From NCBI GenBank assembly GCA_002499905.1, contig DANP01000020.1, positions 186,054 through 250,053 on the forward strand: DNA of 64,000 nt, written 5' to 3'. Position numbers and translations under genes: made by a program. The notes beneath the pieces are model-generated. The model did not search any database. It was not told the DNA's origin and was given only the letters and a program-made list of their open reading frames with translations. Shown here piece after piece: positions 1-10,592 of this stretch (positions are counted from its first letter, which is position 1; the number at the start of each line of letters is the position of its first letter). Origin of the DNA: Methanolinea sp. UBA277 (GTDB taxonomy: Archaea; Halobacteriota; Methanomicrobia; Methanomicrobiales; Methanospirillaceae).

Positions 1-2
1 AG

Positions 3-959
3 ATCATCGGGCAGCTCAGGGATGCCCTTGCCCTGGCAAAGGAGGCGGACACCGCCAGCCCGGTCCTCGAGCTCTGCATCAACAAGGCAGTGCATGTCGG
101 GGTCGAGGTGCGCCGGCAGACCCAGATCAACCGTGGGGCGGTCTCCATCGGTTCCGCGGCCGTCCTGCTCGCCGAGGAACAGCTCGGCAGCCTTGAGGGA
201 AAGCACATCCTCGTGGTCGGGTCCGGGGAGATGGGGATGCTCGTTGCCCAGGCCCTGGCCGCCAAGAAACTGACTGCAATGTACGTGGCCAACCGGACCT
301 ACCAGCGTGCGGAAGTGCTGGCAAAGAAGATCGGGGGAAAGGCGGTGAAGCTGACAGAGCTCCCGCGCTATATGATCCTCTCAGATGTGGTCATCTCCTG
401 CACCTCTGCACCCCACCCGGTCATCTACCGGGAGCACCTGCGGGAGATCATGCGGAACCGGTGCTGGCCCCTTGACGGGCACCCGCGGCCCCTGGTCCTG
501 ATCGACATCGCCCAGCCGCGCGATGTCGAGGACGGCGCAGAGGAGATCGACGGCATCCACCTCTTTACCATCGACAGCCTCCGGCGCATCAATGAGCTCA
601 CCATGAGCTCCCGGAAAGAGGCGGCAGAGAAAGCCAGCTCCTTTGTCGAGGGGGAACTGTACCAATTCATCCGGCTCCTGAACGGGAAGGCTGCTGACGA
701 GACCCTGTCGCTCCTCCACACCTGGGCGGAATCGATCCGGCTGCGGGAGCGGGACCGTGCCCTCTCCCGGCTCGGAACCGGAGACCCGAGGGCAGGAGAG
801 GTTGTCGACGACTTCTCCCGGGCCCTGGTGAGCAAGATCCTCTCTGATGTGACCGTCTCCATACGGCTCTGTGCAGAGGACGGCAACCTTGAGTACGCCC
901 GGTCGCTGGTCGATGCAATTACCAAAGGTGAGAAGATATGTTTCCGCAACGAAGAATGA
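3..959 (+). CDS. hemA: glutamyl-tRNA reductase, C-terminal part (5' end outside window)
   Basis: The frame is open from base 3 with no start in the window. The translation '..INKAVHVGVEVRRQTQINRGAVSIGSAAV..LVVGSGEMG..' matches the GluTR catalytic and NADPH-binding domains. It heads a hem operon, and its stop overlaps the hemB start by 22 nt. Confidence 0.9.
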   Translation: MIGQLRDALALAKEADTASPVLELCINKAVHVGVEVRRQTQINRGAVSIGSAAVLLAEEQLGSLEGKHILVVGSGEMGMLVAQALAAKKLTAMYVANRTYQRAEVLAKKIGGKAVKLTELPRYMILSDVVISCTSAPHPVIYREHLREIMRNRCWPLDGHPRPLVLIDIAQPRDVEDGAEEIDGIHLFTIDSLRRINELTMSSRKEAAEKASSFVEGELYQFIRLLNGKAADETLSLLHTWAESIRLRERDRALSRLGTGDPRAGEVVDDFSRALVSKILSDVTVSIRLCAEDGNLEYARSLVDAITKGEKICFRNEE

Positions 960-1921
960 GGAGGCTGCGGGGGAGACTGATCCAGCCTCTCGTGAGGGAG
1001 CACGTGCTCTCGAAGACTGACCTCGTGGCCCCCCTGTTCGTGGATGAGACCGCCATAAGGCCGGCCCCCATCGCCTCCATGCCGGGACAGGTCCGCCACC
1101 CCGCAGGCGGTATCGTCCGGGCGGCAGAAGATCTTCGGGAAAAGGGTATTCTGGCCGTTCTGCTCTTTGGCATCCCGGCACGGAAGGATGCCGGAGCATC
1201 GGAGGCTTTCAATCCGGAGGGGATCGTCCAGCAGGCGGTCCGATCGATCAAGGCAGCCCTCCCGGAGATGGTGGTGATCACCGATGTCTGTGCCTGCGAA
1301 TATACCGACCATGGCCACTGCGGGATCATCGGGGAAGGCCCCTGTGGTCCGGACCTCGACAACGACCGGTCCCTTGAGCTCATGGCACGAATTGCTGTCA
1401 GCCATGCCCGGGCAGGGGCGGATATCGTTGCCCCCTCCTGTATGCTTGACGGCATGGTTACTATTATCCGGCGGGCGCTGGATGACGCCGGATTCACGGA
1501 TACGGCTATCATGTCCTACTCCACCAAGTTTGACAGCGCCCTTTACGGACCGTTCCGGGAGGCGGCCGAGTCCGGGTTTTTCTTCGGAGACCGGAGCACC
1601 TACCAGATCAGCCCGGCGAACGGGCGGGAGGCGGTCAGGGAGTCCGAGCTCGATGCCATGGAAGGGGCTGATATCCTGATGGTGAAGCCGGCCGGGTTCT
1701 ATCTCGACCTTGTCGCCGAAATCCGGACGCTCGGTCTGCCTGTGGCAGCGTACCAGGTAAGCGGAGAGTACGCGATGATCAGGGCCGCAGCGGCCCAGGG
1801 ATGGATCGATGAGAAGAAGGTGGTGATGGAGAGCCTCCTCTGCATGAAGCGGGCGGGAGCGGACCTGATCATCACCTATTTTGCCGGAAATGCGGCGGGG
1901 TGGATGGATGAAGAGCAGTGA
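938..1921 (+). CDS. hemB: porphobilinogen synthase (delta-aminolevulinate dehydratase)
   Basis: 327 aa. Hallmarks present: Cys-rich metal site '[14 protein letters not shown]', lysine contexts '[13 protein letters not shown]' and 'MVKPA', and 'YQVSGEYAM'. Confidence 0.95.
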   Translation: MFPQRRMRRLRGRLIQPLVREHVLSKTDLVAPLFVDETAIRPAPIASMPGQVRHPAGGIVRAAEDLREKGILAVLLFGIPARKDAGASEAFNPEGIVQQAVRSIKAALPEMVVITDVCACEYTDHGHCGIIGEGPCGPDLDNDRSLELMARIAVSHARAGADIVAPSCMLDGMVTIIRRALDDAGFTDTAIMSYSTKFDSALYGPFREAAESGFFFGDRSTYQISPANGREAVRESELDAMEGADILMVKPAGFYLDLVAEIRTLGLPVAAYQVSGEYAMIRAAAAQGWIDEKKVVMESLLCMKRAGADLIITYFAGNAAGWMDEEQ

Positions 1922-3149
1922 TCTCTACCAAAAGGCACTGGGACTGATGCCCGGCGGCGTGAGCAGCCCGGTACGGGCGATAAAACCGTACCCGTTCTAT
2001 ACCAGGGCCGGTGACGGCTCGCAGATCACCACGGTTGACGGGGAAGTCCTGATCGACTGCTGCATGGCCTACGGCCCCCTGATCCTCGGCCATACCCATC
2101 CCATCATCCACCAGGCAATCATCTGGCAGCTCTCGAAAGGCTGGCTCTACGGGACACCCGCCCCCATCGAACCGGAGTTTGCAGAGATGATTGCCCGCGA
2201 TCACCCCGGGATGGACATGATCCGGTTCGTCTCGAGCGGGTCGGAGGCCACCATGGCCGCAATCCGCCTGGCACGGGGGTTTTCCGGGAAGCAGGATATC
2301 GTCAAGGTGGAGGGGGGCTTCCATGGCGCCCACGACGGCGTGCTGGTGAAGGCCGGTTCAGGGGCCACCACCCACGGCGTGCCCGATTCCGCCGGGGTCC
2401 TCCCTGATGTGGTTTCCCATACCCGGCAGGTCCCCTATAATGATCCGGTGGCACTGGAAAGCCTCCTCTCCCGGGAGAACGACATCGCTGCCTTCATCCT
2501 TGAGCCGGTGATGGGAAACATCGGGCCTGTCCTCCCTGAAGAATCCTACCTCAGGGAGGCGAGGGAGATCACCCGGGCTCATGATGTGCTCCTCATCTTT
2601 GATGAAGTCATCACCGGCTACCGGCTGGGTATCGGCGGCGCCCAGGTGATGTACGGGGTGAAGCCTGACCTCACCACGCTCGGAAAGATCATCGGGGGCG
2701 GCCTTCCCATCGGTGCGTTCGGGGGCAGAAGGGAGATCATGGAACTCATCTCCCCGTCAGGACCGGTGTACCAGGCAGGAACCTTCTCCGGAAATCCCCT
2801 CTCCCTCTCCGCAGGCATGGCCACCGTCCGGTGGCTCCACGCCCACCGGGGTATCTACCGGGTCATGGATGCTGCGGGAGCGAGGATCGGTGATGCGGTG
2901 GCCGACAGGTCAGGGGGATCCTTTGTCAGGCTCGGGTCGATGTTCAAGTACTTCTTCAGGAATGATCCCCCCCGCAACTACCAGGAGGCAAAGGAATGCG
3001 AAACCTTGAGATTTGCGGCATTCTGGGCAGCGATGCGGAAAGAGGGCATTTTCCTCCCCCCGTCCCAGTTTGAGACCAACTTCCTCTCGGCTGTCCACGA
3101 AGACGAAGACATCGGGCGGATTGCGGCGGCATACCGGGCATGCATCTGA
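1908..3149 (+). CDS. hemL: glutamate-1-semialdehyde 2,1-aminomutase
   Basis: The ATG at 1908 gives '[24 protein letters not shown]'; the track ORF starts at 1881 inside hemB. The PLP-lysine context '[14 protein letters not shown]' is present. Confidence 0.95.
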   Translation: MKSSDLYQKALGLMPGGVSSPVRAIKPYPFYTRAGDGSQITTVDGEVLIDCCMAYGPLILGHTHPIIHQAIIWQLSKGWLYGTPAPIEPEFAEMIARDHPGMDMIRFVSSGSEATMAAIRLARGFSGKQDIVKVEGGFHGAHDGVLVKAGSGATTHGVPDSAGVLPDVVSHTRQVPYNDPVALESLLSRENDIAAFILEPVMGNIGPVLPEESYLREAREITRAHDVLLIFDEVITGYRLGIGGAQVMYGVKPDLTTLGKIIGGGLPIGAFGGRREIMELISPSGPVYQAGTFSGNPLSLSAGMATVRWLHAHRGIYRVMDAAGARIGDAVADRSGGSFVRLGSMFKYFFRNDPPRNYQEAKECETLRFAAFWAAMRKEGIFLPPSQFETNFLSAVHEDEDIGRIAAAYRACI

Positions 3150-4030
3150 GGATCGGGACACGGGGGAGCCGGCTTGCCCTGGTGCAGGCTGGGCAGGTGG
3201 CGGCGCTGCTCGGTGACCGGGGATACAAAACAGAACTCTCCATCATCACCACCAAAGGGGATACGGTTGACGGGGTTCCGCTCCACGAGATCGGCGGGCA
3301 GGGGGTCTTTGTACGTGCCCTGGACGACGCCATCCTCGCCGGCAGGGTTGATTGCGCCGTTCACAGCATGAAGGACATCCCTGCGCTCCGGCCGACCGGG
3401 GTCTCCACGGCCGCCATCCTGGAACGGGACTCTCCTGCCGATTTCCTGGCCCATACACTCCCGCTCGATACCGTGACGATCATCGGGACATCGAGCACCA
3501 GGAGACGGGCCCAGATCCTCCGCAACCTGCCGGGAAAATTCGTGGAGCACCTGCGGGGGAATGTGGACACCCGGCTCCGGAAACTCACCGACGGGCAGTA
3601 CGATGCCATTGTGCTTGCCGAAGCGGGGATCGAGCGGATGTCCCTCTCGGTTCCGGGGACCAGGCTGGCTCCGGAGCTGTTCGTCCCGTCACCAAACCAG
3701 GGAACCATTGCCGTGGTGTGCCGGGACGACCCGGCAGTGACCGCGATCCTGTCGGAGATAGATCATCCGGCGACCCGCTTCGATACCGGGGTTGAACGGG
3801 CGGTGATGCAGGAGGTGGGTGGCGGGTGCTTCACCCCCCAGGGGATCTACTGCACCAACGGTCACCTCATCGGAGAAATCCTCTCCCTTGACGGCGACCG
3901 GCAGGTACGGATCGAAGAGGATGTCGCCTCGCTGGGCGAGGCACGGATCTTCGGGAGAACCCTCCGCAGAGAGGGGAGAGATCTGATCAGGGAAGCGTAC
4001 GAGAGACTGGGGATTGATGATGAACGGTAA
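3140..4030 (+). CDS. hemC: hydroxymethylbilane synthase (porphobilinogen deaminase)
   Basis: N-terminus '[15 protein letters not shown]', 'HSMKDIP', and cofactor-cysteine context 'GGGCFTPQG'. The start overlaps the hemL stop. Confidence 0.95.
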   Translation: MHLRIGTRGSRLALVQAGQVAALLGDRGYKTELSIITTKGDTVDGVPLHEIGGQGVFVRALDDAILAGRVDCAVHSMKDIPALRPTGVSTAAILERDSPADFLAHTLPLDTVTIIGTSSTRRRAQILRNLPGKFVEHLRGNVDTRLRKLTDGQYDAIVLAEAGIERMSLSVPGTRLAPELFVPSPNQGTIAVVCRDDPAVTAILSEIDHPATRFDTGVERAVMQEVGGGCFTPQGIYCTNGHLIGEILSLDGDRQVRIEEDVASLGEARIFGRTLRREGRDLIREAYERLGIDDER

Positions 4031-4802
4031 GGTGTATCTGGTAGGTGCAGGGCCGGGCGGGGAACTACTTCTCACTCTCAGGGCCCGTGCGGTGATCGAT
4101 TCGGCAGATGTGATCCTCTACGACCAGCTGCCCGGCGAAGAGATCCTCGCCGGCCTGCCGGAACGGGCAGAGAAGATCGATTGCGGGAAGTACGGATCAC
4201 AGCATATCCTCGAGCAGGAAGAGATCGAGGATCTGATGGTTGCAAAGGCCAGGGAGGGAAAACAGGTGGTCCGGCTGAAGGGAGGCGATCCCTTCATGTT
4301 CGGCAGAGGAGGCGAGGAGCTCGAAGTGCTCCGCGCTCATGGGATCCCGGTGGAGCTCGTCCCGGGGATAACGAGCGCACTTGCCGTTCCCGGCGCCGTG
4401 GGCATACCGCTGACCCACCGGAAGTTTGCTTCGCAGGTCACCGTGATCACCGGCCACGAGGACCCCACCAAGCCGGAACCCGCCCTTGACTGGGAACTCC
4501 TGGCCCGGCAGCGGGGAACCATCGTGATCCTGATGGGAGTCAGGAATCTCCCGAAGATCGCCTCCTCCCTGATCGCGAATGGAAAGGATCCTGCCACCCC
4601 CGTTGCGATCATCGAGGAGGGGCTCCGCAGGACCCAGCGGGTGACCACCGGGACCCTCCGGGACATCGGCAGGATTGCCGGGGAGAAGGGTGTGGAGCCC
4701 CCGGCGGTTATCGTCATCGGAGGTGTGGTCTCCCTCTATCGTGAAGGGGAGACCCTCATTCCCCCCCTGACCCCGGGATCGCCGCTGACAGAAAAGTCTT
4801 AA
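4017..4802 (+). CDS. cobA: uroporphyrinogen-III C-methyltransferase (SUMT)
   Basis: Tetrapyrrole-methylase motifs 'VYLVGAGPGGELLLTLRA', 'RLKGGDPFMFGRGGEE' and 'VPGITSA'. The track start at 4014 is TTG; the ATGs at 4017/4020 are more likely. Confidence 0.9.
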   Translation: MMNGKVYLVGAGPGGELLLTLRARAVIDSADVILYDQLPGEEILAGLPERAEKIDCGKYGSQHILEQEEIEDLMVAKAREGKQVVRLKGGDPFMFGRGGEELEVLRAHGIPVELVPGITSALAVPGAVGIPLTHRKFASQVTVITGHEDPTKPEPALDWELLARQRGTIVILMGVRNLPKIASSLIANGKDPATPVAIIEEGLRRTQRVTTGTLRDIGRIAGEKGVEPPAVIVIGGVVSLYREGETLIPPLTPGSPLTEKS

Positions 4803-5359
4803 TGTTGCACCACGACCCAGCTGTAGGAGAGATGACCCTTCCAGGCGGCCCCACCAAGGACGAGATCATGGCCATCTCGCTCCAGAAACTCGGACTGCAG
4901 AGCGGAGACGTTTTTGTGGATATCGGCTGCGGGACCGGGAAGGTTGCGGTGCATGCCGCACCGTTCGTGCAGAAGGTGTACGCGGTGGATATCCGCGAAG
5001 AGGCGGTCCGGTGCACCCGCGACGAGGCCGCCCGCTGCGGGCTCTCCACCATCGAGATCTCCTGCGAGCACGGTGCCGACCTCCTGATGCGCCTGCCGCA
5101 CGTCGATTGTGCGTTCATCGGAGGATCTCGGGATCTCTCCCGCGTGCTGGCCCTGATCGCCGAAAAGCGGGTCCGGTCGGTGGTGGTGAACGCGGTGCTC
5201 CTCTCAACCCTCCATGAAGCGGTCTCCACCATGGAGCGGCTCGGGATCTTCAGGGAGGTGGTCCACGTGATGGTCTCGCGTTCCAGCCCGCTCGGCGGAG
5301 GGCTGATGTTCAGGCCGCTTGACCCGGTGTATATCATTGTGGGAGGCACCCCATGCTGA
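4802..5359 (+). CDS. cbiT: cobalt-precorrin-6B C15-methyltransferase (decarboxylating)
   Basis: 185 aa with 'GGPTKDEIMAISL' and the SAM-binding loop 'FVDIGCGTGKVAV'. TAATG overlap with the cobA stop. Confidence 0.85.
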   Translation: MLHHDPAVGEMTLPGGPTKDEIMAISLQKLGLQSGDVFVDIGCGTGKVAVHAAPFVQKVYAVDIREEAVRCTRDEAARCGLSTIEISCEHGADLLMRLPHVDCAFIGGSRDLSRVLALIAEKRVRSVVVNAVLLSTLHEAVSTMERLGIFREVVHVMVSRSSPLGGGLMFRPLDPVYIIVGGTPC

Positions 5360-5961
5360 TCGGCCTTGGGCTCGGGCCCGGGGAACCCGAGTACCTCACC
5401 CTCCGGGCAGTCCGGCTCCTGAAGGAAGCTGATGCCGTTTTTGTGCCGGGACGGATCGCCTACGATCTGGTGGCACCGTACCGGAAGGCGGAGATCCTCG
5501 AATTTCCCATGACCGACAATGAAACGGTGATCGCCGCCTGCATGGAACGGAACGCCGACAGGATCGCCCCGGTGGCAGCGACCGGCACGGCAGTGCTCGG
5601 GCTCATCGGCGACCCGAACTTCTTCTCGACCTACTCCCGGCTCTGCGAGGCGATCCAGGTGCGCCACCCCGGCATCGGGTGCCGGACGGAACCGGCCATC
5701 AGCTCCATTACCGCATTCGCTTCGGTAGCAGGGGTCTCGCTCTCTGAAGGCTTCATGGTCACGGACGGCCCGGATGAGGTCCCCTGCCGTATTCAGCTGA
5801 AAGTCAAACGCCCCCGGGAAGCCGCCGCACGCCTCCGCGAACAGGGGTACCGTTCGTTTATCCTGGTGGAACGGATGTACATGGGAGACACCCGGGTCTA
5901 CCGGGACCACGAGCTTCCGGAGCAGAGCGACTACATGAGCATCCTGTATGCGAGGCGGTGA
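5353..5961 (+). CDS. cbiL: cobalt-factor II (precorrin-2) C20-methyltransferase
   Basis: 202 aa tetrapyrrole methylase ('LIGLGLGPGEPEYLTLRAV..ADAVFVPG'). Its position between cbiT and cbiF fits cbiL. The ATG overlaps the cbiT stop. Confidence 0.8.
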   Translation: MLIGLGLGPGEPEYLTLRAVRLLKEADAVFVPGRIAYDLVAPYRKAEILEFPMTDNETVIAACMERNADRIAPVAATGTAVLGLIGDPNFFSTYSRLCEAIQVRHPGIGCRTEPAISSITAFASVAGVSLSEGFMVTDGPDEVPCRIQLKVKRPREAAARLREQGYRSFILVERMYMGDTRVYRDHELPEQSDYMSILYARR

Positions 5962-5962
5962 G

Positions 5963-6679
5963 ATGGGAAAAGTGTGGTTCGTGGGCGCCGGGCCCGGTGC
6001 GCCGGACCTGATCACGGTCCGGGGCATGGATCTCATCACCCGTGCTGATGTCCTGGTGTACACCGGTTCCCTGGTGAATCCCGCGCTCGTGGAGCGGTCC
6101 GGTGCACCGGTAAAGATCGATTCATGGGGAAAGACGCTCGAGGAGATCGTTCCCCTGATGGTGCAGCATGCCCAGGAGGGGGCCCTCGTGGTTCGGCTCC
6201 ATTCCGGAGACCCCGCCATCTTCGGAGCTATCGTAGAACAGATGCGGCTGCTCGATGAGGCGGGGATCGGGTACGAGGTGGTGCCCGGAGTCTCCTCGCT
6301 CTTTGCCGCCGCAGCTGCACTCCGGACCCAGTTTACCCTCGGTGGGGTTGCCGATACCCTGATCGTGACCCGGCCGGCCGGGAAAACCCTTGAGCGGGAC
6401 GAGATCCCGGAGCTCTCCATCCACACCGCCACCCTGGTCTTCTTCCTCGGTACAGACAGGATCGATGAGATCATCGGCAAACTCAGGCGTCCCCCCTCGA
6501 CTCCGGCAGCGGTAGTCTACCATGCCAGCTGGCCGGATGAGAAGGTGATCCGGGGGACCATCGGAGATATCGCAGAAAAGGCTCGTGCCGCGGGAATTAC
6601 CCGTTCCGCCCTCCTGATCGTGGGCGGGGTGATCGATCCTGCCGACTCGGGCCACCGGAGGTCGGTGCTCTACTCATGA
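5963..6679 (+). CDS. cbiF: cobalt-precorrin-4 C11-methyltransferase
   Basis: Motifs 'KVWFVGAGPGAPDLITVRG', 'VVRLHSGDPAIFGA' and 'VVPGVSS'. I prefer the ATG at 5963 to the track start at 5948. Confidence 0.9.
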   Translation: MGKVWFVGAGPGAPDLITVRGMDLITRADVLVYTGSLVNPALVERSGAPVKIDSWGKTLEEIVPLMVQHAQEGALVVRLHSGDPAIFGAIVEQMRLLDEAGIGYEVVPGVSSLFAAAAALRTQFTLGGVADTLIVTRPAGKTLERDEIPELSIHTATLVFFLGTDRIDEIIGKLRRPPSTPAAVVYHASWPDEKVIRGTIGDIAEKARAAGITRSALLIVGGVIDPADSGHRRSVLYS

Positions 6680-7545
6680 CGAGAGCGGTCATTTACCTCC
6701 CGCGGTTTTACGATGCGGCCCGGCAGATTGCAGAATGCCTCTCTGCTGACCTGATCGAGTATTCCCCTGCAGCGTTCCGGGAGGCGTCCGGGCAGTATTC
6801 CCAGATTGCCGCCGTTATGTCGACCGGTATTGCCGTGAGGGGTATCTCGCCGCTGCTCTCGGACAAGTGGACCGATCCTGCGGTGGTGGTCGTGACTCCC
6901 GATCTCAGGCTTGCCATCCCCCTGATCGGCGGGCACCACGGCGGGAATGCTCTTGCCAGGGAGCTTGCACCCCTCGGGACGGTCCCGGTCATCACCACAG
7001 CGACCGAACGGGCCGGGGTTCCATCCGCTGAAGGTATCGCTGCGGCTGGAGGATACGATCTGGTCAACCGGGAGTCATCAAAACCGGTGAACGCTGCCTT
7101 TCTCGATGGATCGGCGGGGGTGTACTCGGTTTCAGGCCCCGCCCTGGTGATCGGGGGGCCGGATGTCGCCTTCCTGGTCGCTGACGGAGAGTATGGCGTG
7201 GGGGTCGGGTGCCGGAAAGGAGTATCGGCCGGAGCTGTCGAGGAGGCGGTCCGCGCCGGACTCGATATCGCCGGTGTGAAGCCCGATGAGGTGCTCGTAT
7301 ACGCCACGACGGTCAGGAAATCCCACGAACAGGGGATTCATGACGCAGTCCGGGCCCTTGGCCGACCGTTGATCTTCCTCGATGACCGGACCATCAACCG
7401 CCATCCGGGGATCTCCCCGTCCGGAGCCTCCCGTCTCGGCTTGGCCGGGGTCGCCGAACCCTGTGCACTCGCGGTATCGAAGCGGAAGGAACTGGTGCTG
7501 CCAAAGATGCTGAAAGGAGGGGTGACCGTTGCCATTGCAAGGTAG
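6676..7545 (+). CDS. cbiG: cobalt-precorrin-5A hydrolase
   Basis: 289 aa non-methylase protein sitting between cbiF and cbiH, as in anaerobic cob operons. ATGA overlap with the cbiF stop. The assignment rests on context and size. Confidence 0.8.
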   Translation: MTRAVIYLPRFYDAARQIAECLSADLIEYSPAAFREASGQYSQIAAVMSTGIAVRGISPLLSDKWTDPAVVVVTPDLRLAIPLIGGHHGGNALARELAPLGTVPVITTATERAGVPSAEGIAAAGGYDLVNRESSKPVNAAFLDGSAGVYSVSGPALVIGGPDVAFLVADGEYGVGVGCRKGVSAGAVEEAVRAGLDIAGVKPDEVLVYATTVRKSHEQGIHDAVRALGRPLIFLDDRTINRHPGISPSGASRLGLAGVAEPCALAVSKRKELVLPKMLKGGVTVAIAR

Positions 7546-8299
7546 GCTTGCCATCGTGGGTATTGGACCAGGGAATCCCGCCCATCTCACCGGGCGGGCC
7601 CGGGAGGTGCTGGAGCAGGCCGAGTACATCATCGGCAATGACACCTACCTGGCCCAGCTCGGCCCGCTCACTGCAGGGAAGAAGGTTATCACGAGCTCGA
7701 TGGGAAAGGAGGTGGAACGGGCGAGACGATCGATCGAGCTTGCCCGTGAGGCGGCGGTGGCCATGGTGAGCGGGGGCGATGCCGGTATCTACGGCATGGC
7801 AGGAATTGTGCTCGAGATCCTCGAGCACGAGGGATTCGATATCCCCTGGGAGGTCATCCCGGGCATCACCGCATCACAAGCCGCAGCATCGATCCTCGGC
7901 TCACCCCTCTCAGGGGATTTTGCCACCATCAGCCTCTCGGATCTCCTGACCCCGCTCGAAGTGATTGAACGGCGGCTCCATGCCGCGTTTTCCATGGGAG
8001 TGCCGGTGGTCCTCTATAACCCGAAGAGCAGGGGGCGGCCCCACAACTTTGCCATGGCCATGGAGATCGCCGGGGCACACCGTTCGCCGTCGACCCCGGT
8101 CGGCATCGTGCGGAATGCCTACCGGGACGGTGAGGAAGCGGTGATCACCACCCTTGGGGAGGTTGCCGCAGTGGAAGAGCGCGTGGACATGCATACCACG
8201 GTCATTGTGGGTGGAGAAGAGACAAGGATCTGGAGGAAGGGAGAGGATGTCAAAGGGATCATCACCCCGCGCGGATACCACCGGAAGTACGTATACTGA
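7529..8299 (+). CDS. cbiH: cobalt-factor III / precorrin-3B C17-methyltransferase
   Basis: Motifs 'RLAIVGIGPGNPAHLT', 'MVSGGDAGIYGMAG' and 'VIPGITA'. TTG start, overlapping the cbiG 3' end. Confidence 0.9.
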   Translation: MPLQGRLAIVGIGPGNPAHLTGRAREVLEQAEYIIGNDTYLAQLGPLTAGKKVITSSMGKEVERARRSIELAREAAVAMVSGGDAGIYGMAGIVLEILEHEGFDIPWEVIPGITASQAAASILGSPLSGDFATISLSDLLTPLEVIERRLHAAFSMGVPVVLYNPKSRGRPHNFAMAMEIAGAHRSPSTPVGIVRNAYRDGEEAVITTLGEVAAVEERVDMHTTVIVGGEETRIWRKGEDVKGIITPRGYHRKYVY

Positions 8300-8921
8300 C
8301 CTCGGCGCAACGACTGCCGAGGCGTACGAGATATCGAAGACCAGCAGGACCCTTGCCCAGGAGGTTATCGGGGACCGGGACTACGAGGACCGGATCCGCC
8401 AGCGGTGCTCGGTCGCGGTCGGGGACTTTGCCATGGCCGGTCTCCTCCGGTTCTGCCATGAACCGGTCGCTGCGGGTCTCACCGCGCTTGAGAAGGGAGC
8501 CCCGGTCATCACCGATATCCGGATGGTACAGGTCGGGATCCAGAAGAAGGGGCACCGGAGCCAGGTCATCTGCGCCCTCGACTACGGCGAGGAGGAGGCG
8601 GTATCCCGGGGGATAACGCGGAGCAGGGCCGGGATCCTGGCCCTCGCCGATCGCCTTGACGGGGCGATTGTCGTTATCGGAAATGCCCCTTCAGCCCTCC
8701 TTGCGGTCTGCAATCTGGTCCGGGAAGGCTCCCGTCCGGCCCTGGTCATCGGGACCCCGGTCGGTTTCGTCAAGGCAGCAGAGTCCAAGGAGGAGCTTCG
8801 TGCCCTTCAGGTCTCCTCCATCTCCAACGAGGGGACCCGGGGGGGAACCCCGGTCGCCGTTGCCGCCATCAATGAGATCATCACCATCCATGCTGAACGC
8901 CATGCAAAACGCAATTCATGA
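8247..8921 (+). CDS. cbiC: cobalt-precorrin-8 methylmutase
   Basis: Motifs 'VVIGNAPSALL', 'IGTPVGFV' and 'RGGTPVAVAAIN'. The ATG at 8247 follows a GGAGG-rich stretch. The track ORF starts at 8154 inside cbiH. Confidence 0.9.
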   Translation: MSKGSSPRADTTGSTYTDLGATTAEAYEISKTSRTLAQEVIGDRDYEDRIRQRCSVAVGDFAMAGLLRFCHEPVAAGLTALEKGAPVITDIRMVQVGIQKKGHRSQVICALDYGEEEAVSRGITRSRAGILALADRLDGAIVVIGNAPSALLAVCNLVREGSRPALVIGTPVGFVKAAESKEELRALQVSSISNEGTRGGTPVAVAAINEIITIHAERHAKRNS

Positions 8922-9933
8922 GGACCCGCTCACCGACCCGGTCACCGGTTTTACCTACCCTGACCCCTGGGTCAGGGCTGCCGTCAGCCCGGAAGACCTC
9001 TCCCTGGTGAGGGCCGGGCATGCCGTGCTCACCTCCTCTGGCACCATCCTGAAGCGGGGGTTTACCACCGGAACCACCGCTGCCGCCTGCTGCAAGGCAG
9101 CCATCCTCTCTGTGATACAACCGGTTGATTCGGTTGAGGTGACCATTCCCTGCGGGCTTACGGTCACCATCCCGGTGAAGGGTGTTGCGGGCCGGGCAGA
9201 ATGCCGGAAATACGCCGGCGATTACCCGTCCGATGCCACCGCCGGTGTGCTCTTTTTGGCCGAGTACACCAGGAAGGCTGTCGGACTGGAGCTGATCACC
9301 GGAGACGGAATCGGCCGGTTCGTCCGCGACACCCCCCTGCACTTCACCGGTGAGCCTGCTATCAGCACGCCGGCACTGGAATGCATCTTTGCCGCCATGG
9401 TGGACGGGCTCGCGGAAACCGGGCTCGAGGGGGCACGGGTCGCCCTCTCCATCCCTGACGGAGCCCGGGTGGCTGCATCCACCCTCAACCCGAAAGTCGG
9501 GATCGAGGGAGGCATCTCCATTCTCGGGACCACCGGGCTCGTGGAGCCCTGGGACGATCACCTCACCGAATCCGTCGCAGAAAGGGTCAGGAACACCGAC
9601 CGGGTGGTCCTGACCACCGGGAGGATTGGCCTTCGCTTCTCACGGCTCCTCTTCCCTGATCACGAAGCCGTCCTTGCCGGGGCGAAACTGCGTGAGGGCC
9701 TCTCATGTGCTGACGGCGATGTGGTGCTCTGCGGGCTGCCGGGGCTTATCCTCAAATTCCTCGATCCCGGCATCCTTGACGGGACCGGGTGCATGACCGT
9801 CGAGGAGCTCTCGGGCATGCCGGAGTTTGAGCAGAGGATGGCCAAGGCCTTCCGGAACGGGAAGGAGCGCTATCCCGGACTGAGGGTCGTGGTTATCAAC
9901 CGGAGAGGAATAATCCTGGGGGATTCGGGATGA
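8890..9933 (+). CDS. cbiD: cobalt-precorrin-5B C1-methyltransferase
   Basis: Hallmarks 'LKRGFTTGTTAAACCKAA' and 'ISILGTTGLVEPW'. ATG at 8890 (or 8902); the track ORF begins at 8656 inside cbiC. Confidence 0.9.
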   Translation: MLNAMQNAIHEDPLTDPVTGFTYPDPWVRAAVSPEDLSLVRAGHAVLTSSGTILKRGFTTGTTAAACCKAAILSVIQPVDSVEVTIPCGLTVTIPVKGVAGRAECRKYAGDYPSDATAGVLFLAEYTRKAVGLELITGDGIGRFVRDTPLHFTGEPAISTPALECIFAAMVDGLAETGLEGARVALSIPDGARVAASTLNPKVGIEGGISILGTTGLVEPWDDHLTESVAERVRNTDRVVLTTGRIGLRFSRLLFPDHEAVLAGAKLREGLSCADGDVVLCGLPGLILKFLDPGILDGTGCMTVEELSGMPEFEQRMAKAFRNGKERYPGLRVVVINRRGIILGDSG

Positions 9934-10523
9934 AAGTTGTCGGCGTCGGGTGCGGACCCGGGATGCTCACCGAGGAGGCTGTCCGTGTCATCACCGGTGC
10001 GACCCTGGTCATGGGCTCAGGGAGAGCGATCGAACTGGCCTCCCGGTTTATCCCGGAGGAATGCGAGGTGCGGGTCATTGCCGACTTCTCCTCGCTCCCG
10101 GTGCCGGATCACGCCGTGGTGCTCTCCACCGGTGACCCGATGCTCGCCGGCCTCGGGTATCTGGGAGGGGAGATCATTCCGGGGATCTCCTCGCTCCAGC
10201 TGGCAGCCGCACGGCTGCATATACCACTCGAGCAGGTAACGGTCGTCCGGGCACACGGGAAGGATCACCGGCCGGCCTTAACCGGGATCGCGGAATCACT
10301 TGACCAGGGCAACATTGTCTATATCATCGCTGACCCGAAGTTCAGCATCTCCGGGCTCTGCGATGCGATCGGGGAGAGGAGAGCGTGGATATCTGTTGCC
10401 TTGTGTGAGGATCTCGGGTACCCAAAAGAGCGTATCACGGTCGGAACGGTTTCTGACCCTCCTGTCCCGCAATCCCGCCTGTTCTCGGTATTTGTGGGCA
10501 AATTTCCCGCAAACCGGGTTTAA
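9930..10523 (+). CDS. cbiE: cobalt-precorrin-7 C5-methyltransferase
   Basis: 197 aa methylase fold 'KVVGVGCGPGMLTEEA'. ATGA overlap with the cbiD stop. It is the usual partner of cbiT. Confidence 0.85.
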   Translation: MKVVGVGCGPGMLTEEAVRVITGATLVMGSGRAIELASRFIPEECEVRVIADFSSLPVPDHAVVLSTGDPMLAGLGYLGGEIIPGISSLQLAAARLHIPLEQVTVVRAHGKDHRPALTGIAESLDQGNIVYIIADPKFSISGLCDAIGERRAWISVALCEDLGYPKERITVGTVSDPPVPQSRLFSVFVGKFPANRV

Positions 10524-10592
10524 TTCTCCCTGAAGGAATATAAGGGAGCACGCCATACTCTTTTTTCAGGAGAAGTTGAAGGAGAGAACAGA

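Noticed and set aside
4756-6480. Very long antisense ORFs: 574 aa here, and likewise 18723-20804 (-), 15348-16625 (+), 50988-52532 (+), 53218-54162 (-) and 425-1405 (-).
   Set aside because: These are shadow ORFs typical of high-GC DNA. Each lies opposite a gene with unambiguous family motifs. Their translations are Arg/Pro/Gly/Ser-rich with no recognisable domains.
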